The notes under the pieces: model-generated | The model's input: only the letters and a program-made list of their open reading frames with translations | The model's database searches: none | What the model was told of the DNA's origin: nothing | Translations under genes and position numbers: made by a program | Source of the DNA: Pseudomonadota bacterium | GTDB lineage: Bacteria; Bdellovibrionota_B; Oligoflexia; Oligoflexales; RGVZ01 | Assembly: GCA_041178085.1 (NCBI GenBank) | Contig: JBEGVZ010000053.1 | Location: 1-33,106, forward strand | DNA: 33,106 bases | Direction of reading: 5' to 3' | Shown here: in pieces, positions 25,055-33,106 of the stretch | Layout: the number at the start of each line of letters is the position of its first letter | Numbering within the stretch: position 1 is the first letter of the stretch

Positions 25055-26206
25055 TTAGAATTCCAGCGCCTGACGCAAGTCGGCAACAAGGTCGTCTGTG
25101 TCCTCTATGCCGCAGGACAACCGCAGCAAGTTGGGACCGATTCCAAGTTTTTTGCGCATCTCCTCTGGTACCGAAGCGTGAGTCATTTTTTCCGGGTGAT
25201 TGACCAGGGATTCGACGCCGCCCAGGCTCTCCGCCAAGGCGAAGATTTTCAAGCGTTTCAGGAACTTGACCACATCGGCGTAAGCACCATCCAGGTTGAA
25301 AGAAACCATGCCCGAGAAACCGCTCATCTGTTCCTTTGCGATTGCGTGCTGTGGATGGCTTTTGAGGCCCGGGAACATCACCTGCTTTACGCGCTTGTGG
25401 TCAGCAAGGAACTCGGCCACAGCAGAACCATTCTTGTTGTGCTGGGTCATCCGCACGCCAAGGGTTTTAAGGCTGCGATGCATCAGGAAAACGTCAAAAG
25501 GTGAGGGTACAGATCCGCCGGCAAACTGGATGAATTTAAGCTGTTCAAACAAGTCCTGCCGCGAGGTCATGAGCGCCCCACCGATCAGGTCGGAGTGTCC
25601 GCCGATGTACTTGGTCGTCGAATGGAGGACGATGTCGGCCCCCAGCGCCAGCGGGGACTGGAAAACGGGAGACGCAAATGTGTTGTCCACGCAAAGGATG
25701 GCGCCGGTTTTCTTCGCCACCTTGGCCATGGCCTGAATGTCGATCACTTTCATCATCGGATTGGTTGGCGTCTCGACCCAGACGAGTTTCGTTGCCGGTG
25801 TCGCCGCCGCATTTACCGCGGCATGGTCGGCCATGTCGATGAACTGAAAGTCCAGGTTGTACTTCGCAAAAAGGCGGCGGAAAAGGCGGCCTGTCCCGCC
25901 ATAAACGTCGTCGCAGACAAGGATTCGCGCACCTGGCTCGAGCAACTGGACGACCGCCTGAACGGCGGCAAGACCGCTCGCAAAAGACAGGCCGTGTCGG
26001 GCACCTTCGATCGCGGCGAGTGCCTCTTCGTAGCATTGGCGGGTCGGGTTGTCGGCGCGCGAGTAGTCAAAGCCCTTGTGCTTTGCGGGCTCCTCCTGCA
26101 CGTAGGTCGACGTCGCAAAAATAGGAGGCATGATAGCCCCCGTAGTCGGCTCCACGTGGACGCCGGCATGCACACAAGTGGTGAAGGGCTTCGTCCCTGA
26201 TCCCAT
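25055..26206 (-). CDS. Cystathionine gamma-lyase/synthase family PLP enzyme
   Basis: YSRADNPT, DDVYGGT, ETPTNP, VDNTF, HSTTKYIGGHSD (PLP Lys), LAESLGGVESL. Confidence 0.95.
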   Translation of the reverse strand: MGSGTKPFTTCVHAGVHVEPTTGAIMPPIFATSTYVQEEPAKHKGFDYSRADNPTRQCYEEALAAIEGARHGLSFASGLAAVQAVVQLLEPGARILVCDDVYGGTGRLFRRLFAKYNLDFQFIDMADHAAVNAAATPATKLVWVETPTNPMMKVIDIQAMAKVAKKTGAILCVDNTFASPVFQSPLALGADIVLHSTTKYIGGHSDLIGGALMTSRQDLFEQLKFIQFAGGSVPSPFDVFLMHRSLKTLGVRMTQHNKNGSAVAEFLADHKRVKQVMFPGLKSHPQHAIAKEQMSGFSGMVSFNLDGAYADVVKFLKRLKIFALAESLGGVESLVNHPEKMTHASVPEEMRKKLGIGPNLLRLSCGIEDTDDLVADLRQALEF

Positions 26207-26236
26207 GAGTCTCTCCTTGGTATTTTTTGGTCGAGG

Positions 26237-26554
26237 CTACTCGGCCTTCAAAATGCGGCTCAACTCGCCCTTGCGGTGCAATTCCATGGTGATGTCGCAT
26301 CCACCGATGAACTTTCCTCGGACATAGAGCTGCGGGATCGTTGGCCAGTTGGTGAACTCCTTGATCCCTTCGCGGATGTCGTAGTCTTCGAGGACGTTGA
26401 TCGTATGGAAAGGAACGCCGTAGCTCTTGAGGATGTGGACCACCTGGGCGGAAAATCCGCACATCGGCTGGTCAGCAGTGCCCTTCATGAAAACGGTCAC
26501 CGGGTTGGTTTCGATTTCTTTCTTGATGCGGTCGAAAATGGCTTGTTCGGTCAT
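26237..26554 (-). CDS. grxD: Monothiol glutaredoxin (Grx4, CGFS)
   Basis: FMKGT...PMCGFS, WPTIPQLY, GGCDI. ATG at 26554. Confidence 0.95.
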   Translation of the reverse strand: MTEQAIFDRIKKEIETNPVTVFMKGTADQPMCGFSAQVVHILKSYGVPFHTINVLEDYDIREGIKEFTNWPTIPQLYVRGKFIGGCDITMELHRKGELSRILKAE

Positions 26555-26692
26555 GGTTGTCACTTTGCCTGAAAGTGTTCTGGGAACAGGAAAACACGAG
26601 CCGCCAAGATAATCCTGTGCGCAAGCGATGGCAAGCCCGGGGAGTCGTCGCAAAACCAGGGCGAACGCGTGCCCTTGGCGCTAGAAGTTGCG

Positions 26693-26738
26693 TGGACTTC
26701 TCGCAGCGCATCGTGCTAGATTTATTGTCAAAATCTAG
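26693..26738 (+). promoter_or_regulatory. Candidate promoter with overlapping 8-bp inverted repeat
   Basis: TGGACT-18 nt-TAGATT (extended TGc), and CTAGATTT-N7-AAATCTAG at 26716-26738 just before the RBS. Confidence 0.45.
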
Positions 26739-26751
26739 GGAGACAAGGATC

Positions 26752-28524
26752 ATGACCAGTTTCACCGGGGCATGGGCAGCATGGGCGGGCCGCGTTCGGA
26801 CGGCCGGATTTGCGATCGGCGCATCAGCTGGGGCCTTGTTGGCCACGCAACCTTGCCTGGCAGCAAAGGGCGCTGGCCCGATCAAGTACGAGCGTCCACC
26901 CTCGGTTTACGACAAGCTACCCGCAGCCAAGCGCGGCGGGACCCTTTACCAGCAGCTTTCGGGCAACCCTAAAGTCATCAACCCGATTCTTTCCAGCGAC
27001 AACAACTCACGTGCCCTTGAGGGGTACCTGTGGGCGACCTTGTTCACGGAAGACTCCGATTCATTAAGCCCGTTGCCTTACCTGGCTGAATCCTTTGAAG
27101 TTTCCCCCGACCGGAAGTCCTATACGTTCACCCTGCAAAAGGCTGCGAAGTGGGCGGACGGATCCTCCGTGACCACGGACGACATCAAATTCACTTACGA
27201 CACGATGATGAACCCGAAAACCGACGCTGCGCCCCTTCGTATCTACTGGGAAGGTGTCAAGTTGGTGATCAAGGACAGCAGGACTTTCACTTTCACGGTT
27301 GATACGCCCAAGTTCGACACCTTGCGCAGCCTTTATCTCTTCAATCCGGTCAGCAAGAAGCAGTTCGAAAAAGAACCGGACTTCAACAAGGCGCGCGGCA
27401 TCCTTGATCCGGTCGGCAACGGACCCTACAAGTTCAAATCTTTCAACCGCGACCAGTCGGTGATCCTTGCCCGCAATACGGATTGGTGGGGTTACCAGAT
27501 GCCCCACTTCAAAAACCGTTTCAACGCTGACGAGATTCATTTTCGAATAATTGCGGACGACAACCTTGCCTACGAGAAGTTCGTCCGGGGTGATCTGGAT
27601 TTGATGACTTTCAACGCCGAGCAGTTCGCCGTGAAAGTTCAGGGAGTGGACAAGGACAAGATTGGCAAATCGTCCAAAGAGGGAAAAAAAGTCTGGGCGC
27701 AGGAAATCCAGAACCGGGCCCCAAGGGGTTTCAATTATGTGGGCTGGAACCTGCGGCAACCGCTGTTCGCAAGTGTGAAGACCCGCCGCGCTCTTGCCCG
27801 GCTGGTCGACTACAAGCAGGTCATCGACAAGGTCTACCACGGCTACCAGTTCCAGTGCTCCTCACCCTTCGGCTCCCTGTCACCGAATTCAGCGGAAGAC
27901 CTCCGTTCCAAGGAGAGATTGCTGACCTTTGACCGCAAGGCTGCAGTGGCCATGCTCAAGGCGGATGGTTGGCAGGATTCCGACAAGGACAACATCCTTG
28001 ACAAGGTGATCGACGGCAAGAAGGTGCCTTTTAAATTCGAACTTAAATACAACTCCAATAATCCTCTGCGCGGCAAGATCGCCCAGATCATCAAGGATCA
28101 GTTCAAGGCAGCCGGCATCGATGTGACTGTCAAGGCAGTGGAATGGAACGCTTACCTTGATGACGTCGACAATCGCAAATTTGACGCTTTCATCATGGGT
28201 TGGACGGCAACTCCCTACCCGAATCCGAAACAAATCTGGCATTCCTCGTCCGAGAAGAACCAGGGATCCAACATCGTCGCCTATTCGAACAAGAAGGTTG
28301 ATGCGTTGATCGAAAAGGCGAACGTCGAATTCCGTCAGGCAAAGCGCCAGGAAATGATGAAGGAGATCAACCGTCTGATCTACGAGGACCAGCCATACCT
28401 TTTCCTGTCTGAGCCGCGCTCGATGCTGGCTGGGTTCAACGCCAAGGTTTCATCTCCATCCGGGACATGGGCGATGCAGTACGATGTGAGCCCGCCGGAC
28501 GATTTGTATCAATTTGTTCCGTGA
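26752..28524 (+). CDS. Peptide ABC transporter substrate-binding protein (family 5)
   Basis: GGTL, P..INPI, PYLAES, W.DG..VT.DD.KFT, PVGNGPYKF, RRAL, EDQPYLF. Confidence 0.92.
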   Translation: MTSFTGAWAAWAGRVRTAGFAIGASAGALLATQPCLAAKGAGPIKYERPPSVYDKLPAAKRGGTLYQQLSGNPKVINPILSSDNNSRALEGYLWATLFTEDSDSLSPLPYLAESFEVSPDRKSYTFTLQKAAKWADGSSVTTDDIKFTYDTMMNPKTDAAPLRIYWEGVKLVIKDSRTFTFTVDTPKFDTLRSLYLFNPVSKKQFEKEPDFNKARGILDPVGNGPYKFKSFNRDQSVILARNTDWWGYQMPHFKNRFNADEIHFRIIADDNLAYEKFVRGDLDLMTFNAEQFAVKVQGVDKDKIGKSSKEGKKVWAQEIQNRAPRGFNYVGWNLRQPLFASVKTRRALARLVDYKQVIDKVYHGYQFQCSSPFGSLSPNSAEDLRSKERLLTFDRKAAVAMLKADGWQDSDKDNILDKVIDGKKVPFKFELKYNSNNPLRGKIAQIIKDQFKAAGIDVTVKAVEWNAYLDDVDNRKFDAFIMGWTATPYPNPKQIWHSSSEKNQGSNIVAYSNKKVDALIEKANVEFRQAKRQEMMKEINRLIYEDQPYLFLSEPRSMLAGFNAKVSSPSGTWAMQYDVSPPDDLYQFVP

Positions 28525-28539
28525 CGCTGGCGGGGGCCC

Positions 28540-29568
28540 ATGCGCAAGTACCTGCTGAAACGCCTGATCGCAACCATCCCCATGTTCTTCCTGATGACGG
28601 GGGTGTTTTTCGCGTTGCAGAATTACTTGCCCGGGGGGCCCGTGCAAGAGGCTCTTGCCAAGATCCGCGGGCAGGATGAAAGTTCGCGCGGTGACCGGGC
28701 ACTCTCTGTGGACGACATCGACCAGATCCGCAAGGAGCTGGAACGCCAGTACGGGCTCGACAAGCCGGTCCACGTCCGTTACTGGAACTGGGTCAAGGCC
28801 GTTGTGGTCCTTGATTTCGGTGATTCAACAACCACTCGTCGCCCCGCGATGGAAACCGTTGCCAGCCGCATACCGGTCTCTCTGGCATTTGGCATACCCG
28901 GGTTTTTCCTGACTTACCTGATTTGCATTCCGATGGGAGTTCGCAAGGCGCTCAAGGACGGCACGCCCTTTGATACGTTCACATCGTTCATCCTTTTCTT
29001 GAATTACAGCATTCCCACGCTGGTCATATCCGTGATCTTGCTGCTGGTGTTCTGCACCGACCGGGTTTTACCCGGCGGAGCCATTTTTCCGCTGGGCGGA
29101 ATACGTTCAGATGAATTCGATTCACTCTCGGCGGCGGGCAAGTTGTGGGATTACTTGAAGCACATGTTCCTTCCTGTTCTTGCCTCGCTCGTCGGTGGGT
29201 TCACGGTAATGACCATGCTCATGAAGAATTCCATGCTCGAGGTCATTCGCAGCGATTACATCAGGACAGCCCGGGCCAAGGGTCTTGGTGAACGGCAGGT
29301 GATCTTCAAGCATGCCTTGCGCAATGCGATCCTGCCTCTGATGGTCGGTATCGGCGGATTTCTGAGTTCTTTCGTCGCGGGCTCGATCGTCATCGAGAGT
29401 GTGTTCGGTGTCCCGGGCATGGGGCTTCAGTTCCTGGACGCACTGTCATCCCGCGACTACAACATCATGATGGCGATCGTGGTGATCCAGTCACTGGCGA
29501 TCATGTTTGGCCAGATCATCAGCGATGTTGCCTACGTCATGGTCGATCCAAGGATTGACTTCAAATGA
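28540..29568 (+). CDS. Peptide ABC transporter permease (YejB/OppB-like)
   Basis: YLLKRL, PGGPV, YGLDKP, DFGDS, DYIRTARAKGL, VDPRIDF. Confidence 0.93.
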   Translation: MRKYLLKRLIATIPMFFLMTGVFFALQNYLPGGPVQEALAKIRGQDESSRGDRALSVDDIDQIRKELERQYGLDKPVHVRYWNWVKAVVVLDFGDSTTTRRPAMETVASRIPVSLAFGIPGFFLTYLICIPMGVRKALKDGTPFDTFTSFILFLNYSIPTLVISVILLLVFCTDRVLPGGAIFPLGGIRSDEFDSLSAAGKLWDYLKHMFLPVLASLVGGFTVMTMLMKNSMLEVIRSDYIRTARAKGLGERQVIFKHALRNAILPLMVGIGGFLSSFVAGSIVIESVFGVPGMGLQFLDALSSRDYNIMMAIVVIQSLAIMFGQIISDVAYVMVDPRIDFK

Positions 29569-30635
29569 GGCGGATCCTGACCACCCTCATTCCTGGGTTT
29601 GTGCGCGAATGGGCAAGCTCTCCGCTCAACGCCCGCCGCTTGCAAGCTTTCTGGCGCCAGCGCCGCGCCCGGATCGGTGTCGCCCTTTTCGGTGCCATCC
29701 TTTTCTTTTCAATGACCGCCGAACTTTGGTCTCACCAGAATCCTCTTCTGCTTGTCCGCAAGTCGGATCAAGGAACAAGCTTCTACTTTCCGGCATTGGT
29801 CAATTACAGTGCGGCTGACTTTGGCATCGAAGACGCTTTCGTGGTGGATTACCAGCAGTTCCTTGACGGTGAGCGCGAGGCCGGACGTGCCAGCTGGGCA
29901 ATCTGGCCCCTCAACCGCTGGGATCCTTATGTGCAGACCGGTGACGTGATGACGGCGCCATCTGCCGGGCACTGGCTTGGTACGGACAATCTTGGTCGCG
30001 ACGTCACGGCGCGGCTCCTTTATGGAATCAGGGTTTCTCTCGCCTTTGGACTTTTGCTCTGGTTCTTCTCTTTCGCTGGCGGCGTCGCGATCGGTGTCTG
30101 CCAGGGTTACTTTGCAGGATGGTTCGACTTCGCAGTGGAGCGACTCAAGGAGCTGGCGGAGATCATCCCCTTCTTGTCGGTGGTCATCCTGGTCAATGGC
30201 ATCATCAAAGGCCAGGGATTCATCCTGACCTTGGCGATTGTCTTGCTTTTTGCCTGGATCAGCATTTCCTCGCAGATGCGGGCGCAAGTGCTTGCACTGC
30301 GCAGACGTGAATTCGCAGATGCCGTGATCGCCATGGGTGGGACCCACACGCGAATCATTGTAATGCACATCCTGCCCAACGCTTTGACGCCGATATTGAC
30401 GCTGACTCCGTTTGCGATCTCCGGCGGGATCGCTACTCTGACCGTGCTTGATTATCTCGGTTTTGGCTTGTCACCGCCGACGCCAAGTGTGGGAGAACTG
30501 TTGGCCCAGGGGCGGAACTACATCACCAACGCTGTGTGGCTGCTTCTCGCCCCGACGGGAGCGCTCATTGCGCTGCTGGTTTCAATCAACATGATCGGCG
30601 AAGCGCTTCGGGAAGCGTTTGACCCTCGTGCTTGA
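29565..30635 (+). CDS. Peptide ABC transporter permease (YejE/OppC-like)
   Basis: HWLGTDNLGRDV.ARL.YG.R.SL, HILPN, LDYLGFGL.P.TPS.GELL, GEALREAFDPR. Confidence 0.93.
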   Translation: MRRILTTLIPGFVREWASSPLNARRLQAFWRQRRARIGVALFGAILFFSMTAELWSHQNPLLLVRKSDQGTSFYFPALVNYSAADFGIEDAFVVDYQQFLDGEREAGRASWAIWPLNRWDPYVQTGDVMTAPSAGHWLGTDNLGRDVTARLLYGIRVSLAFGLLLWFFSFAGGVAIGVCQGYFAGWFDFAVERLKELAEIIPFLSVVILVNGIIKGQGFILTLAIVLLFAWISISSQMRAQVLALRRREFADAVIAMGGTHTRIIVMHILPNALTPILTLTPFAISGGIATLTVLDYLGFGLSPPTPSVGELLAQGRNYITNAVWLLLAPTGALIALLVSINMIGEALREAFDPRA

Positions 30636-30646
30636 TTTTTATTTTC

Positions 30647-30655
30647 TGTTACAAT
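30647..30655 (+). promoter_or_regulatory. Candidate extended -10 promoter
   Basis: TGtTACAAT in an AT-rich patch about 65 nt before the exonuclease start. Confidence 0.4.
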
Positions 30656-30717
30656 GATTGCAGGCTTCCAGAACTGGAACGCTTTTTGTGTGAACCAAAG
30701 TCAGCCAGGAGAATTTT

Positions 30718-32460
30718 TTGCCCCATCGCCGCCCGCCCAACGACTCCGGCAGCAACCGTTCCCACTCAGGCGGGCAGCGCGGCAGCCGGCGCGGAAATCG
30801 CGGCAATCGTTCAGCCATCCGGGAGCCGGAGGCGCCACCCCCGTCCGATGAACTGCGCAAGTTAATCCACCAGCCTCTGGCGCCAGGTGCTTACATCGTT
30901 TTTGACATCGAGTCGACTGGGGGAAATCCGGAAAAAAACGGCATCACGGAAATCTTTGCCATCCGCTTTGAGAAAGGCGAGGTCAAGGACACCTTCTACA
31001 GCATGGTGAATCCGATGATCCCGATTCCGCCCATCGTCCGCCGGATGACCGGGATTTCGAATGCGATGGTGAAGGATGCTCCCCTGATCGAAGAGGTCAT
31101 GCCGGATTTTCTCAAGTTCATCGGTGACGATGTTCTGGTCAGCCACAATACGATTGGCGACTTGAAGTTCATCCGACATTTTGCACGTGAAGCCTGTGGC
31201 GTGGAACTCCCCAACTTTTTCCTCTGCACCCACCTTCTGGTGGATCGCCTGACGCCAGAGGCCCCGAATAAATCGCTTAAGGGTCTCGCAAAGTTTTTTG
31301 GCCTTCCGGCCGGTGACCTGCATCGGGCGGAGGCAGATGCCTATTTGACCCTTGAGCTTTTCAAGGTGCTGCTGAAGCTTTTGGATGATCGTTCCGTCAA
31401 GCGCATCGATGAGGCCATCCGCCTGCAAGGTGACATGGAGTCCGCTTTGCGCCTGTCATGGGGCATTCCTCCAGACAAGCTCAAGAACCTGCCGCCTGGT
31501 CCAGGCGTCTTCTTCATGTACGACTACGAGCGGAAGGTCCTGTTTCTCAGTAGCGCCATTTCGGTTGCTCGAGAGGTCGCCAAGCTCCAGAAATATGACC
31601 TTGTCCCGCGTCAGTTGCTCAAGACGGTGCTCCGCGCCTATGACATGCGTGTTGAGAGGTTTGCCAACGTCCTGGAAGCATTGATGCATGAGTGTGACAG
31701 TCTTGCCTCCTCCCCGACGGCTTTCAGTCCCGTTGACTGGCATCAGCGCTTTGTCCCGGCTTATTGTCTGGATCGTCGCGGGGACGAAACACTGCTGCGC
31801 GTTGGGGAGATTGGTGAGGGCACGTTCGCTGCATTTGGTCCTGTCACCGACCGCCGGATTGCGATGGATCGCTGCATTGCGATTGCGCGGGCGTTTGGGG
31901 GCGAGCTTGGGGAACAAGGTGCTCCCAATGGCCAGGTCAAACTCGCTGAGGAGCAGGTCTCTGCAGTGACAGCCCTCTTCGAGGGGCGATTGGCATCTTT
32001 CATTGATGAGGCAACCCGTGAACGCCGCCGGCGATTCCTCGAACTGCTGTTTCGACCGGCCGCCCGCCAGGCCATCAACCTGCGCGTTGGGGCCGGCATG
32101 GCGTTGCTAAAGGTAGAGGCAAAAGCCGCTGGACGGCAAAGGCTCCAGCCCTTGATGTCTGCCACGGGCCTTGCCATTGTGCCGGACAGCGTCGCGGGAA
32201 GCTGGCAGGTTTATGAGGTTGTTCGTGGCCGCCCCCGGATGCTTCAGCATTTGCGCGGGGAATGGAAGGCAAAGTTGCACCAAGGAGGGCTTGCCAAGCG
32301 CCTCCATGAGCGTCTTGTCCGGGAAGATGAGGCTCTGGAAGGCAAGGGCGTCTCTGCCCAGGAGGCAACCAGGGTCAATTGCTTCTTGTGGTGGCAGTCG
32401 GCCCAGGCGGGGCGGGAGGATTCCATATACCTCCCGCTAGAGGAAATACTCTCGATCTAG
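30718..32460 (+). CDS. DEDDh (DnaQ/PolC-type) 3'-5' exonuclease fused to a degenerate UvrC-like GIY-YIG domain
   Basis: AGGAG RBS plus TTG. VFDIESTG, SHN..GD and HRAEADA, followed by LPPGPGVFFMYDYERKVLFLS. Confidence 0.85.
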   Translation: MPHRRPPNDSGSNRSHSGGQRGSRRGNRGNRSAIREPEAPPPSDELRKLIHQPLAPGAYIVFDIESTGGNPEKNGITEIFAIRFEKGEVKDTFYSMVNPMIPIPPIVRRMTGISNAMVKDAPLIEEVMPDFLKFIGDDVLVSHNTIGDLKFIRHFAREACGVELPNFFLCTHLLVDRLTPEAPNKSLKGLAKFFGLPAGDLHRAEADAYLTLELFKVLLKLLDDRSVKRIDEAIRLQGDMESALRLSWGIPPDKLKNLPPGPGVFFMYDYERKVLFLSSAISVAREVAKLQKYDLVPRQLLKTVLRAYDMRVERFANVLEALMHECDSLASSPTAFSPVDWHQRFVPAYCLDRRGDETLLRVGEIGEGTFAAFGPVTDRRIAMDRCIAIARAFGGELGEQGAPNGQVKLAEEQVSAVTALFEGRLASFIDEATRERRRRFLELLFRPAARQAINLRVGAGMALLKVEAKAAGRQRLQPLMSATGLAIVPDSVAGSWQVYEVVRGRPRMLQHLRGEWKAKLHQGGLAKRLHERLVREDEALEGKGVSAQEATRVNCFLWWQSAQAGREDSIYLPLEEILSI

Positions 32461-33106
32461 CCGGCGACAGCGATTCGAGTCACTTTGATTTCTATGTTTT
32501 CACCGACTTCAATCGTTCCTGCCTTGAATGTGATCTGACCGTTCTCGACCTTGAAATCCGTGATGGTGCGGACAAGATTGCCCTGGGCATCGCGAACCAG
32601 GACCTCGATCTTGTCAGTGGGTTTCCCGCTGAACGCATAACTTAGCTGGGGAGCTGACGTAATAAAGCTCCGCAAACCTTCCAGTACGGGATCGTAAGTT
32701 TTATCGCAAACATGCCCTCGGCGCGCATTCCTGAGTGCGACGTTGCCACCAACAGATTCGAGCAGCAGCGCATCGAGTAATTTTGCGTCTGGCAGGGCTT
32801 CCAGTTTTTGATCGCAGTCACGAACCCCGTCATTGGCAATCAATGCGATGGTGAAACCTTTAGGACCAACGCGGTTTTTTAGCTCCTGCAATGCCATCGT
32901 GCCAATTTCCGGCGCACCGAACTTGCCAGCGACCGGACAAGGGGCTTTCGCGCAGCGGCGCTCAGCTGTACCGTCTTGGACGAGCCGTGGTTTGGTGTTT
33001 TCTTGCACACATTTTGCATCACGCGCAAATCCATCATTACCGTTCTTGTACTTCTCAAGATACGTCGGGGCATTTTCATCGCTTGATATTTTTTGATTGC
33101 AAAGGT
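32457..33106 (-). CDS. C-terminal part of a hypothetical Cys-containing, probably exported protein (5' end outside window)
   Basis: Frame is open from the window end to the stop at 32457. C-terminal beta-rich module LSYAFSGKP..KIEVLV...ITFKAG. Confidence 0.6.
   Translation of the reverse strand, partial: LCNQKISSDENAPTYLEKYKNGNDGFARDAKCVQENTKPRLVQDGTAERRCAKAPCPVAGKFGAPEIGTMALQELKNRVGPKGFTIALIANDGVRDCDQKLEALPDAKLLDALLLESVGGNVALRNARRGHVCDKTYDPVLEGLRSFITSAPQLSYAFSGKPTDKIEVLVRDAQGNLVRTITDFKVENGQITFKAGTIEVGENIEIKVTRIAVAG

Noticed and set aside
32879..33079. Possible frameshift or pseudogene at the window end
   Set aside because: The 32457 frame is open to base 33106, so the gene is simply truncated by the window.

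Overview
Gene-dense, moderately GC-rich bacterial chromosome segment with about 34 CDS. I saw no rRNA, tRNA, CRISPR array or mobile element. The many orphan Cys-rich lipoproteins and secreted proteins suggest a Bdellovibrionota/Oligoflexia-like, possibly predatory organism; this is inference only. The main feature is a tightly packed minus-strand cluster at 15485-20197: CoA-acylating (methyl)malonate-semialdehyde dehydrogenase, URC1/Urg1-type GTP cyclohydrolase II-like protein, URC4/Urg3 (DUF1688) and upp. Uridine kinase lies 3 kb away, and a twin TTTCATGAAA palindrome sits in the leader. This looks like a bacterial version of the yeast URC uracil-catabolic pathway that may end in acetyl-CoA rather than 3-hydroxypropionate. 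The same strand continues with short gaps into a metzincin lipoprotein, an acyl-CoA dehydrogenase, an LpxR-like deacylase and a probable beta-barrel. Other content: M28 peptidase, class-I GATase, GGCT, PMI, HIT, orphan FliG-C, HU, RimI-like GNAT, GT9, an HExxH plus CHAP lipoprotein pair, a large Ig-like/(SGTT)22/Cys-rich lipoprotein, a transsulfuration lyase, GrxD, a Yej/Opp-type ABC importer with no adjacent ATPase, and a DEDDh exonuclease with a degenerate GIY-YIG domain. All assignments come from motif recognition by eye; no searches were run.
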